Shown here: piece after piece, positions 48,666-58,500 of the stretch
How positions within the stretch are numbered: position 1 is the first letter of the stretch
Layout: every line of letters starts with the position of its first letter
NCBI GenBank assembly: GCA_965203485.1
Contig: OZ241892.1
Span: 896,001-960,000, forward strand
Length of the DNA stretch: 64,000 bases
Direction: 5' to 3'
DNA from: Longimicrobiales bacterium
GTDB lineage: Bacteria; Gemmatimonadota; Gemmatimonadetes; Longimicrobiales; Gaopeijiaceae
The notes under the pieces: model-generated
What the model was told of the DNA's origin: nothing
What the model saw: the letters and a program-made list of their open reading frames with translations, nothing else
Databases searched by the model: none
Position numbers and translations under genes: made by a program

Positions 48666-50021
48666 GTGCGCGTCCACTACAAGACCTTCGGTTGCAAGGC
48701 CAACCAGTACGACACCGAGCGCATGCGGCAGGCGCTGCAGCGCGCGGGCGCGAAGAGCGGGCCGGCCGCGCTGGAGTCGGCCGACGTGTGCGTGGTCAAC
48801 ACGTGCACAGTCACCAACCGGGCCGACGCCGGCGCCCGCCGCTTCGTTCGCCGCGCCGCCCGCCGCAACCCGGACGCCGTCGTGCTGGTGGCCGGATGCT
48901 CGGCCGCCCTGCGCGGCGGCGAGTACGCGGCGATGGACGAGGTGGCCGGCGTTGTCCCGGGACACGATCCCGCCGACGTGCTGGCGACGCTGCGGGCGGC
49001 CCTCGCCGACGCCGAGGCGGACGACGCCCTCGGCGCCGCCGAAGCCGCCCCGGCGCCGCGCGGACGCTCGCTGGCCCAGCTCGGAAGCCGCCTGCCCCTC
49101 GACCGCGCGCATGTCGAGCCGGTGGGCGCCGCCGTCCTCCTCCGTCGCGCCGGCGCCACGCGCGGATGGCTGAAGGTGCAGGACGGTTGCGACCGCAAAT
49201 GCGCGTTCTGCGCCACGCGCCTAGCCCGCGGCCGCAGCCGCAGCCGCCCGCCGGACGAAGTCGTCGCCGAAGCCCAGGCCCTGGCCCGCGTCCACCCCGA
49301 GCTGGTCGTGACGGGCGTCCACATCGGCCACTACGGGCGCGACCTGGCGCCGCGCGAGTCGCTCACGGCCCTCGTGCGCCGCCTGCTCGACCGCGTGCCC
49401 GGGGTCCGCTTCCGGCTCGGCAGCATCGAAGCCACCGAGGTGGACGACGGCCTGATCCAGCTTCTCGCGAACTCGGACGGACGGCTGGCGCCGCACGTGC
49501 ACATGCCCATGCAGAGCGGCGCCGACCCCGTGCTCCGCCGCATGAGGCGCTGGCACACCCGCGAGCAGTACCGCCGCCGCGCCCACCAAATCGCCGAAGC
49601 GGCCGCCCCCGTCGGACTGGGCGCAGACGTCATCGCGGGCTTTCCCGGCGAGTCCGCGTCCGACCACGACGCCACGATCGCGCTGGTTGAGGAACTCCCG
49701 CTCACCTACCTCCACGTGTTCCCGTACTCGGTGCGCGACGGAACCGCCGCCGCCTCCTTGCCGGGGCGCGTCCCCGAGCGCGTGGCGCGCGAGCGCGGAG
49801 CGGAGTTGCGGGAAGCCGCCGCCGCCAAGGGCCGCCGGTACGCGGAGCAGCGCGGAGGCGGCCCGGCCGAAGTCGTCCTGGAGGGCAGGAGCGGCGCCGC
49901 GCTCACGGGCGACTACCTGCGCGTCGCGGTGGTCCCGCCCGCCCAGCCCGACCCGAGCGTCCTGCACCGGGGCCGCCTGACGCCCGACGGAGCCGGCGTC
50001 GTCCTGGGCGCGGCCGCGTGA
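48666..50021 (+). CDS. mtaB: MtaB-like radical SAM methylthiotransferase
   Basis: TFGCKANQYD, VNTCTVT, AGC, KVQDGCDRKCAFC, GFPGE, HVFPYS; RBS AAGGAG. Confidence 0.85.
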   Translation: MRVHYKTFGCKANQYDTERMRQALQRAGAKSGPAALESADVCVVNTCTVTNRADAGARRFVRRAARRNPDAVVLVAGCSAALRGGEYAAMDEVAGVVPGHDPADVLATLRAALADAEADDALGAAEAAPAPRGRSLAQLGSRLPLDRAHVEPVGAAVLLRRAGATRGWLKVQDGCDRKCAFCATRLARGRSRSRPPDEVVAEAQALARVHPELVVTGVHIGHYGRDLAPRESLTALVRRLLDRVPGVRFRLGSIEATEVDDGLIQLLANSDGRLAPHVHMPMQSGADPVLRRMRRWHTREQYRRRAHQIAEAAAPVGLGADVIAGFPGESASDHDATIALVEELPLTYLHVFPYSVRDGTAAASLPGRVPERVARERGAELREAAAAKGRRYAEQRGGGPAEVVLEGRSGAALTGDYLRVAVVPPAQPDPSVLHRGRLTPDGAGVVLGAAA

Positions 50022-51424
50022 GCGCCGCCGCCCGCCCCTCCGTGCCGCGCCTCGGGACGCCCGCCTCGCCTTGCGGCGGCCGGGCCTACGTGGAGACCTA
50101 CGGTTGCCAGATGAACGCCGCCGACGGAGAGCTCATGGAGGGCGTGCTGGAGGCGAGCGGCTACCGGATCGCATCCACGCCCGAAGACGCCGACGTCATC
50201 CTGGTCAACACCTGCGCCATCCGCGAGCACGCCGAGCAGCGGGTGCTGGGCCGGGTCGGCCAGCTCGCCGCCTTCAAGCGCGGCCGCCCCGGCGTGGTCC
50301 TGGGCGTCGTCGGCTGCATGGCCCAGCGCATGGGCGCAGGCCTGCTGGACAGGGCTCCGCAAGTGGACCTCGTGGTGGGGCCGGACGGGTACCGCGGCCT
50401 GGGCGAGCTGATTCGGCGGGTCAATCCGTCGCGGCGCTCCCCGCCCCGGTCCGGCGGCCGCGGCCGCCGCCGGCTCTCCGTCGTCGACCTGTCCCGCGAG
50501 GAGAACTACCGCGGCTTGGAGCAGCGACGCCGGTCGCGCGTCTCCGCTTGGGTGCCCGTCCAGCGCGGCTGCGACCACCGATGCACCTTCTGCATCGTCC
50601 CCTACGTCCGCGGCCCGGAAAAGAACCGCGACCCGAGCGACGTGCTGGCCGAGGTGCGCGCGCTGGCGGAGCAGGGCGTTACCGAAGTCACCCTGCTGGG
50701 CCAGACGGTCAACTCCTACTCGAGCGAAGGCTGGACCTTCGCCCGCCTGCTTCGCGAGACCGCCCGCGTGCCCGGCGTCCGCCGGGTCCGCTTCACGTCC
50801 CCCCATCCCAACGACGTCACGCCGGACCTGGTCGAAGTGATGGCCTCCGAGGCCGCCGTCTGCGAGCAGCTTCACTTGCCGGTCCAGTCGGGCAGCGACC
50901 GCACGCTCAAGCGCATGCTGCGCCGCTACACCGCCGCGTCCTTCCTCGAGAAGGTGGAGATGGTGCGCGACGCGGTGCCCGGCGTCGCTCTCTCGACGGA
51001 CGTGATCGCCGCGTTTCCGGGCGAGACCGAGGACGAGTTCCGGGAGACGCTCGACCTGCTCGCGCACGTCCGCTTCGACGACGCCTTCACCTACCGCTAC
51101 AGTCCCCGCGACGGGACGCCGGCCACCCGTCTCCCCGCGGACCAGTTCGTGCCGGACGACGTGGCCCAGGACCGCTTGGAGCGGCTGATCGCCCTCGCGC
51201 GCGGGATCCAGGCCGAGATCAACCGCGCCGAAGTGGGCCGTACCGAGGAGCTGCTCGTCGAGCGCGCGGGTCGGCGCGGCGGCACCGTGCTGGGACGCAC
51301 GCGACGCTTCAAGGCGGCCGTGCTGCCCGGCTCCGACGACCAAGTGGGCCGCTACGTGACGGCGCGCCTGACCCGCACGACCGGCGCCACCTTCGTGGCC
51401 GAGCCGCTCTCCTCCCCCGCATGA
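50018..51424 (+). CDS. miaB: tRNA-2-methylthio-N6-dimethylallyladenosine synthase MiaB
   Basis: TYGCQMN, NTCAIREHAE, GCMAQ, GCDHRCTFCIVPYVRG, FTSPHP, C-terminal TRAM domain. Confidence 0.95.
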   Translation: MSAAARPSVPRLGTPASPCGGRAYVETYGCQMNAADGELMEGVLEASGYRIASTPEDADVILVNTCAIREHAEQRVLGRVGQLAAFKRGRPGVVLGVVGCMAQRMGAGLLDRAPQVDLVVGPDGYRGLGELIRRVNPSRRSPPRSGGRGRRRLSVVDLSREENYRGLEQRRRSRVSAWVPVQRGCDHRCTFCIVPYVRGPEKNRDPSDVLAEVRALAEQGVTEVTLLGQTVNSYSSEGWTFARLLRETARVPGVRRVRFTSPHPNDVTPDLVEVMASEAAVCEQLHLPVQSGSDRTLKRMLRRYTAASFLEKVEMVRDAVPGVALSTDVIAAFPGETEDEFRETLDLLAHVRFDDAFTYRYSPRDGTPATRLPADQFVPDDVAQDRLERLIALARGIQAEINRAEVGRTEELLVERAGRRGGTVLGRTRRFKAAVLPGSDDQVGRYVTARLTRTTGATFVAEPLSSPA

Positions 51425-51681
51425 GCCGCGTCGTCCGCTTGGCCGCCTTGGCCGCGGTCGCGGCGCTCGGCGTCGGCTTCGCCAAGGCGAACGCGGCGAG
51501 ACGCGTCGCGATCGACTTGGGGCTGTTCGCGCTCCACGACGTTCCCGTCACCTTCGTGGCCTTCGGCGGGGTGGTCGTCGGCATGGGCGTGATGCTGGCC
51601 GCGGGTCTCGCCTCCGACCTCAAGGTGCGACGGCTTCTCCGGGCGCAGGAGCCCGACGAAGGAGGGCCGCGCTTGGAGTGA
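51421..51681 (+). CDS. LapA-like small membrane protein
   Basis: 86 aa; TM helix, F-x-x-x-N, V-x-I-D-L-G, second TM helix, basic tail; overlaps both neighbours by 4 nt. Confidence 0.6.
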   Translation: MSRVVRLAALAAVAALGVGFAKANAARRVAIDLGLFALHDVPVTFVAFGGVVVGMGVMLAAGLASDLKVRRLLRAQEPDEGGPRLE

Positions 51682-54053
51682 GGGGGTGGCCCCCGGTGCT
51701 CGTGATTGCCGTGGGCTTCGCCGCGGGAGCGGCTGCCGGCACGGCCCCCGGTTCCGGTGGAATCGCCTTCGCCGCCTTCTTGGCCGCGGCGCCCATCCTG
51801 CTATTGCGCGGCCCCCGGTCCCGCGCCGCCGTCGTCTGGCTGTGCGCGGCCGCCGGCTTCGCTTCGGCGCTCGCGGCCCGGCGGTCGAAGGACCGGTGCA
51901 CCGAGGGTCTCGCGGACGGCGCCCCGGCGGTCGTCTCGGGATACTTCGTGCAGGCCAGCGCGCGCGCGTCCACGTTCCGGACCGTGGCCGGTCCCGGCAG
52001 CCGCTGCGGCGCCACGGTCAGCGTCTTCGCGCGCGACGGCGCTCCCCCCGAGGCGCGCTTCGTTGCGGTCGAGGGCCGCTGGGTGCGGGCCGCGCGTCCC
52101 GACGGCTCCGAGTCGCTCTACCTCGGCGCGTCGTCCGTCCGGCTCTCGGAAGGCCGCGTGCCGCTCGCCCACCGGATCAGGACCGCCGTCCGCGAGCGCG
52201 CCGCCGAGGCCGTCCGGCGGCGACTGGGCGCCCAGGCGGGAGTGGCGTCCGCGCTGGTTCTGGCCGAGCGCGAGGGCATCGCGCCCGAGCTCCGCGACGC
52301 CTTCGCCCGTTCGGGCAGCGCCCACCTGCTTTCCATATCGGGCTTCCACGTCGGAGTGATCGTCGGCCTTCTGGGAGCCGTCGCCGCCTTGGCGGGCGCG
52401 TCTCCGCGGGGCCGGGCCGCATGGGTCGCCGTCGGCGTCTGGGCCTACGTGCTCGCCATCGGCGCGCCCACGTCCGCAACCCGCGCCGCGTGGATGGCCA
52501 CGGCCTTCGTCGCCGGCCGCCTCCGCCGGGCTCCGGCCCGCGCCCTCGGCGCCCTCGGCTTCTCGATGCTCATGCTCGTCCTCGCCGATCCCGCGGTCGC
52601 CGCCGGGGCCGGGTTCCAGCTCACCGTCGCGGGCACCGCCGGCATTCTCGTCCTGGCCAAGTGGATCCTCGGCCGCTGGCCCGCCCACCGCGGCCGCGGC
52701 TGGATCGCGCCGCCCGTCGCCGCCGGCCTGGGCGCCTCGCTGTTCACGGCCCCCGTGCTCGCTTGGCACTTCGGCGAGGTGCCGCTCCTGTCGCTTCCGT
52801 CGTCCATTCTGCTCACGCCGCTGGTCGCCGCGGCCGTCCCCGGCATCCTCCTGACCATCGTGCTGGACGTCCTGCGGCTGCCGGGCGCGGCGCTCGCGGG
52901 TTCGGGCGCGGAAGGTCTCCTGCACGCGGTGACCGCGACCGCGCGCGTCTTGGGATCGGTCCCCGGCTCGGTCGTCCTGGCAACCCCCAGCGAGGCCGCG
53001 CTGCTGGCCGTAGGCGCGGCGCTTCCGCTGCTGCTGGGGGGCGCCTCTTCGTGGCGGGTTCGCCCGTTGTTCCGAGCCGGAGCCGCCGCGACCAGCGCCT
53101 GCGTCGTCCTGTGGCTCGGCCAAGCCGCTCTTTCCCTGGCCGGGCGCGGTCGGCTCGAGGTCGTGGCCATCGACGTCGGGCAGGGCGACGCCATCGCCGT
53201 CCGCACTCCCGCCGGCCGCTGGCTCCTCGTGGACGCAGGCCCGCGCTTCTCCGATTCCGACGCCGGTCTTACCCGCGTGGTCCCGTACCTGCGCGGCCGC
53301 GGCGTCCGTCGGCTCGAAGCCGTCGTGCTGACCCATCCCGACGAGGATCACGCGGGCGGCCTCGCGTCGGTCCTCCGCCATCTTCCGGCCGCGGTGGTCC
53401 TGGGGCCGGGCTTCGGCGGCGGCCAGTCCGGTCACATGGCGGGCCTCCAGGAGGCGCGCGACGCCGGCATCCCCTGGCGGCGCGCGGCCGCCGGCGACGC
53501 CTGGACCATCGACGGCGTGTCGTTCCAGGTGCTGAGCCCCGATCCGCCTGCCGAGTCCGGTCGCGAAGCCGTGCCGTCTCCCGGCTCCCGGACGTCTCCT
53601 GGGTCCCGAGCGGCCCCTGAAGCCCGGCCGCCCCCCGGCGCGCGGACGTCCCCGGAGCCCCGGCGCCGCGCCGAGGCCCGCCCGGAATCCCCCAACGACT
53701 GGTCCGTCGTGCTGCGCGTCTCCTACGGGGAGTTCGACGCCCTGCTGATGGGAGACGCCGACGCGCGAATCGAAGAGCGCCTGACCCGCCGGGGCGAAGC
53801 CGGCCCGGCCGAACTCCTCAAGGTCGGCCACCACGGCAGCCGCACCTCGACCTCCGAGTCCTTTCTCCTCGCCGTGCGCCCCGCCTACGCTCTCGTCTCG
53901 GCGGGCAAGCGCAACCGCTACGGCCACCCCGCCCCCGAGGTCCTGGCCCGCCTCGGCCGCTCCGGCGCGCGCGTTCTCCGCACCGATCTCCACGGCACCG
54001 CGTCCGTCGTCGCCCGCCCCGACGGCTCCGCAAGCGTCCGCACCCAGCGCTGA
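51678..54053 (+). CDS. comEC: DNA uptake channel ComEC/Rec2 with metallo-beta-lactamase domain
   Basis: HLLSISGFHVG, GFQL, DVGQGDA, THPDEDHAGG, KVGHHGS, NRYGHP. Confidence 0.93.
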   Translation: MRGWPPVLVIAVGFAAGAAAGTAPGSGGIAFAAFLAAAPILLLRGPRSRAAVVWLCAAAGFASALAARRSKDRCTEGLADGAPAVVSGYFVQASARASTFRTVAGPGSRCGATVSVFARDGAPPEARFVAVEGRWVRAARPDGSESLYLGASSVRLSEGRVPLAHRIRTAVRERAAEAVRRRLGAQAGVASALVLAEREGIAPELRDAFARSGSAHLLSISGFHVGVIVGLLGAVAALAGASPRGRAAWVAVGVWAYVLAIGAPTSATRAAWMATAFVAGRLRRAPARALGALGFSMLMLVLADPAVAAGAGFQLTVAGTAGILVLAKWILGRWPAHRGRGWIAPPVAAGLGASLFTAPVLAWHFGEVPLLSLPSSILLTPLVAAAVPGILLTIVLDVLRLPGAALAGSGAEGLLHAVTATARVLGSVPGSVVLATPSEAALLAVGAALPLLLGGASSWRVRPLFRAGAAATSACVVLWLGQAALSLAGRGRLEVVAIDVGQGDAIAVRTPAGRWLLVDAGPRFSDSDAGLTRVVPYLRGRGVRRLEAVVLTHPDEDHAGGLASVLRHLPAAVVLGPGFGGGQSGHMAGLQEARDAGIPWRRAAAGDAWTIDGVSFQVLSPDPPAESGREAVPSPGSRTSPGSRAAPEARPPPGARTSPEPRRRAEARPESPNDWSVVLRVSYGEFDALLMGDADARIEERLTRRGEAGPAELLKVGHHGSRTSTSESFLLAVRPAYALVSAGKRNRYGHPAPEVLARLGRSGARVLRTDLHGTASVVARPDGSASVRTQR
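53577..53684 (+). repeat. Degenerate 18-bp tandem repeat (6 units) inside comEC
   Basis: Units encode SPGSRT, SPGSRA, APEARP, PPGART, SPEPRR, RAEARP. Confidence 0.7.
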
Positions 54054-54150
54054 GCCGCCGCTCGCTCGCCGCCGCGCCGCCGCACCGCAACCGCGCCGCC
54101 GCGGGGGGACGGGACGTGGCGGCAGGACTCCGCGAGCGCCTGCGAGCTGG

Positions 54151-54179
54151 TTGACTTGGAGCGCCTGCCGGAGTACGCT
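54151..54179 (+). promoter_or_regulatory. Candidate sigma70 promoter for fbp
   Basis: TTGACT-N17-TACGCT about 68 nt upstream of the ATG. Confidence 0.55.
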
Positions 54180-54246
54180 TTGGCGGGCCGGGAACCGGCC
54201 GTAGCCGGGGCCGAGCCCCCCGGGCGCCTCCGCGGCACCTTCGAAC

Positions 54247-55272
54247 ATGCGCGCCAAAGTCGTCACGATCGACCGCCACATCATCGACCAGGAGCGGAAG
54301 CACCCGGGAGCGTCGGGCCGCTTCTCGGCGCTCCTGTACGACATCGCGCTGGCCGCCAAGATCATCTCGCGCGAGGTCAACAAGGCCGGTCTCGTCGACG
54401 TCCTCGGCAAGACCGGGGCCGTCAACGTGCAGGGCGAGCACGTCCAGAAGCTCGACGACTTCGCCCAGGAGGTCATCGTCAAGGCGATGGACCACGCGGG
54501 CCACCTCTGCTGCATGGTCTCGGAGGAGTGCGACGGCATCATCCCCATCCCGGCCAAGTTCGACACCGGCAACTACGTCCTTATGTTCGACCCGCTCGAC
54601 GGCTCGTCCAACATCGGCGTCAACGTGTCGATCGGCACCATCTTCTCGGTCCACCACAGGATCTCGCCGGGCCGGGGCCCCGGACGCCTGGAAGATTGCC
54701 TGCAACCCGGCTCCAAGCAGGTCGCCGCAGGCTACGTCGTCTACGGATCCTCCACCATGCTCGTCTACACGACCGGGCTGGACCGGGGCGTCCACGGCTT
54801 CACGCTCGACCCCTCCATCGGCGAGTTCCTGCTCAGCCACCCGAACATCCGCCTGCCGGAACCGCCCGCCCGCATCTACTCGGTCAACGAGGCGTACTAC
54901 CCCCGCTGGGCGCGGGGCCAGCGCCGCCTGGTCGATCACTTCCGGAGCATGAACGGCGAGAGCGGCGGCGCGAAGGGAGGCTGGAAGTCCCGCTACATCG
55001 GCTCGTTGGTGTCGGACTTCCACCGCACGCTCCTCGCGGGAGGCCTCTTCATGTACCCCGTCGAGTCGCGGGCGCCGCGCGGCAAGCTCCGCATTCTCTA
55101 CGAGGCCGCCCCGCTCGCGCTGGTCTGCGAAGCGGCGGGCGGCCGGGCCTCCGACGGAGCCCGCGACATCCTCGACATCGTGCCGTCCGGCCTCCACGAC
55201 CGCACTCCGCTCTTCCTCGGGTCTCGCCATTTCGTCGACCTGGCCGAGAAGTACGTCGGAGAAGAAGCCTGA
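54247..55272 (+). CDS. fbp: Fructose-1,6-bisphosphatase class 1
   Basis: [45 protein letters not shown]. Confidence 0.96.
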   Translation: MRAKVVTIDRHIIDQERKHPGASGRFSALLYDIALAAKIISREVNKAGLVDVLGKTGAVNVQGEHVQKLDDFAQEVIVKAMDHAGHLCCMVSEECDGIIPIPAKFDTGNYVLMFDPLDGSSNIGVNVSIGTIFSVHHRISPGRGPGRLEDCLQPGSKQVAAGYVVYGSSTMLVYTTGLDRGVHGFTLDPSIGEFLLSHPNIRLPEPPARIYSVNEAYYPRWARGQRRLVDHFRSMNGESGGAKGGWKSRYIGSLVSDFHRTLLAGGLFMYPVESRAPRGKLRILYEAAPLALVCEAAGGRASDGARDILDIVPSGLHDRTPLFLGSRHFVDLAEKYVGEEA

Positions 55273-55403
55273 CCAGCAAATCGACGCGCCGGAAGGCCGC
55301 GCGGAGGTCGGATTCATGAACACGACGGTTTCTTGACCACCCGCCCGGAGGCGGGCCAGGACGCATTTCGTTGATGGGCAAGGACTTGCCTACCGCGAAG
55401 GCG

Positions 55404-55419
55404 TGGCGCCGATCTTGCA
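55404..55419 (+). promoter_or_regulatory. Sigma54 (-24/-12) promoter motif upstream of lipoprotein copy 1
   Basis: TGGCGCCGATCTTGCA fits TGGC-N7-TTGCW with exact GG-N10-GC spacing; the same 15-mer recurs before copy 2. Confidence 0.7.
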
Positions 55420-55552
55420 ACACACGCTCGCACACGCTATGCTTATTGCGTCGCGACGGCTTCGGCCCGAGCGTCGCGAAAGCCCAAACGGACATTGCTC
55501 CGGGAGGCGGTCGGCCCGGAGTTGCATCCCTCAAAAGCCAACGGGGAGAAGC

Positions 55553-58500
55553 ATGAACAGAGTGAAGCAGATGGCGGGGGCGCTGATGTTGCTGGTGCCG
55601 CTGGCGGCGTGCGACGAGGGCACGCCTCCTCCGCCGACGGGCTCGATCGAGGGCACGGTGTCGATCGAGGGCACGGGAGCGGACGGCGTGACGGTGACGT
55701 TGAGCAACGGCACGACGGCGACGACGGCCGGTGGCGGGGCGTACCGTTTCGCGGGCGTCGAGGGCGGGTCGTACACGGTGACGATCAGCGGGTATCCGTC
55801 GGACGCGAGCTTCGACGCGACGCAGGCGTCGGCGGTGATCGCGACGGCGAACCAGGTGGTTCGGCTGAACTTCACGGGTTCGTACATCCGGACGTCGAGC
55901 ATTTTGGGCGACGTGACGGTGGAGGGCGTGGGGCAGGCCGGGGTGACGGTGACGCTGTCGGGGATGTCGGACGGGACGACGCGGACGAGCGCGGAGGGGT
56001 CGTACGCGTTCACGGGTTTGCGGGCCGGGACGTACACGGTGGAGGTGTCGGGGTTCGACAGCGACGCGTACAGCTTTTCGAACACGAGCGAGAGCGCGAC
56101 GGTGGGCGTGGGCGCGTCGGCGGAGGTGGACTTCGCGGGCACGCACATCCGGACGGCGAGCATTCGCGGGACGGTGACGGTGGCCGGCGAGGGGCTCGAG
56201 GGCGTTCTGGTGAGCTTGAGCGGCGTGTCGGAGGCGACGAGGACGACGGACGGCGCGGGCTCGTACGAGTTCACGGGCTTGCAGGCGGGGTCGTACACGG
56301 TGGCGATCTCGGGGTTCGACGCGGAGCAGTACGGGTTCAGCGTGACGACGCGCAACGAGGACTTGAGCGTGGGCGAGAGGGCGAACCTGAACTTCGAGGG
56401 CACGGCGTTGCGGACGGCCAGCGTGACGGGCCGCCTGTTCATCGACGAGGTGACGAATAACAACGAGATGGACGAAGGCGAGGCCCCTCTCGAGGTCGCG
56501 GGCGTGAAGGTGGTGCTGGTTGGTCCTTTGGTGGGCGATGCCGACACGACGACGACGGACGCGAAGGGGACGTACGGGTTCGACTCGTTGGTCATGGGCA
56601 ACTACCGGGTGAGAATCGACCAAGCGGACACGACGGCGAAGTTGCCGGCGTATGTGGCCTACGGGGGCCCGGCGGACGGCTACCTGGTGAGCGTGGAGAC
56701 GGGGTCGAGCGCGAAGACGCAGGACTTCCCGTACGACATCACGAGGCAGACGGTGAAGGTGAAGGCGATGTTCGCGGCGGACACGACGGCGGCGGGGATG
56801 GGCGGTCCTGCGGCGGGCGTGACGATCGACCTGCACGCGACGTCCGGTGAGGCCCAGGCGGGCGACTCAGGCGCCCTGGGCCGGAAGAAGACGGACTCGA
56901 CGGGCTACGTGACGTTCATGTTCGACCGCGACGACGACAAGGGACCGGGCGGCGGGCTGGTGTACGCGCGGGCCACGGCGCCTGCGGGCACGGCGCTGGA
57001 AGGCGCCGTGACGATTCCGATCGAATACGAGCCGATGAACCACGAAGCGGCGGCGAGCTCGATGTTCATGGTGCTGAGCACGCGGGCGATTCTGGAGTTC
57101 TCGGTGGTGAACCGGAGCAACGACGGCGAGAGCGGCGGCGACCCGATGGCGGGTTGGACGGTGCACGTTTGGAACGACTCGGCGTCGGCTTCGCTGAAGG
57201 ACACTGCGACGGCGGCGCCGGACACCACGCTGGCGTCGGCGGCGAAGACGGGCAAGGTCGCGGTGACGTACAATGGGGTGGAGCGCGATCAGAAGTACTA
57301 CATCCGCCTGCCGGGCGGCACGCCCGAGGTGTCGGGCGAGAGCCAGGACACGTCGGTCACCAAGGGCGAGGAGTTCAAGCTGACGGTGATGGCGGGCGCC
57401 GGCGGCAAGGCGATGACGATGGCGCTCGACGCGGACAGCAAGACGGCCGCGACGCCGTTCCTGGTGTACGAGCACACCGGGCTGGCGCTTCCGGCGGCGA
57501 AGATGGACTTGGGGGAGGTCGCGGTGACGTTCACCACGCAGACGCTCGTCGTCGGAGTCCACCACGAGCGCGACGACATCGAGGGCTTCACCAACATCGA
57601 TCCCGGCGACACCCGGCCCAGCCGGGCCGACGACGGCGACGCGGACAACGACATCGACTCCGACATCGTGATCTCGCTGGCCGTGCCCGACAGCCTGCGC
57701 GGCTACCCCGTTCCGCTCAAGGACGAGAACGGCCAGGACATCGACTACGACAGGAATCCGAAGACCAACGTCTACGCCGACTACGGCCGCGACGACGGCT
57801 TGGTCCGGTACGAGGGACTGCCGTCGGACGTGAACCTCATCGTCGAGGCCGAGTTCTTGAACACCAAGATCGGCATCTCGCCCGAACGCCTCAACGTGTT
57901 CGGAAAGGACGTGGACACCGAGAAGACGGCGACCACGGGGGCCTTCGGCGGCGCGGGCGGCCTCATGCCGGTCGTCCAGTTCTGCCCGCAAAAGTTCGAG
58001 CCGGGCGCGCCGGAATCCCTGTGCTCCACGTTCGCCTACAAGTTCAAGAGCGGCGTCATCGACGTGTTGGCCCATTCGAAGACCTACACGGAGAGCGACA
58101 GCGTTCCCGCCGCAGGCATCGCGGTCAAGGTCCGGCGGATCAAGGGCTTGGGCGCCACGTCTCCGAAGCCGGACACCACGGGTGCGAGCGGCGCCGCCGA
58201 GTTCCTCAACTTGGTGGACGGCACGTACGTGGTGACGGCGACGCCGGACGAGGCCGGCAACTGGGACTTCGACTGGGGGCCGGACACGGTGGTCGTTCTC
58301 GGCGGCACGCACGCCGAAGTCACCAACCTCAACACGGCGAGCGACCCGTTGCATGTGGTTGCCACGTACCAGAAGACGAAGATTCAGGGCACGGTGGTGA
58401 ACGACTACGACGCGGATGGCGTCGCGGACGACGAAGAGACTCGGGCCGGCTTGGAGGTCTCCGCGCAACGCAAGAGCGGGACGAGGTACTCGACGGTCGC

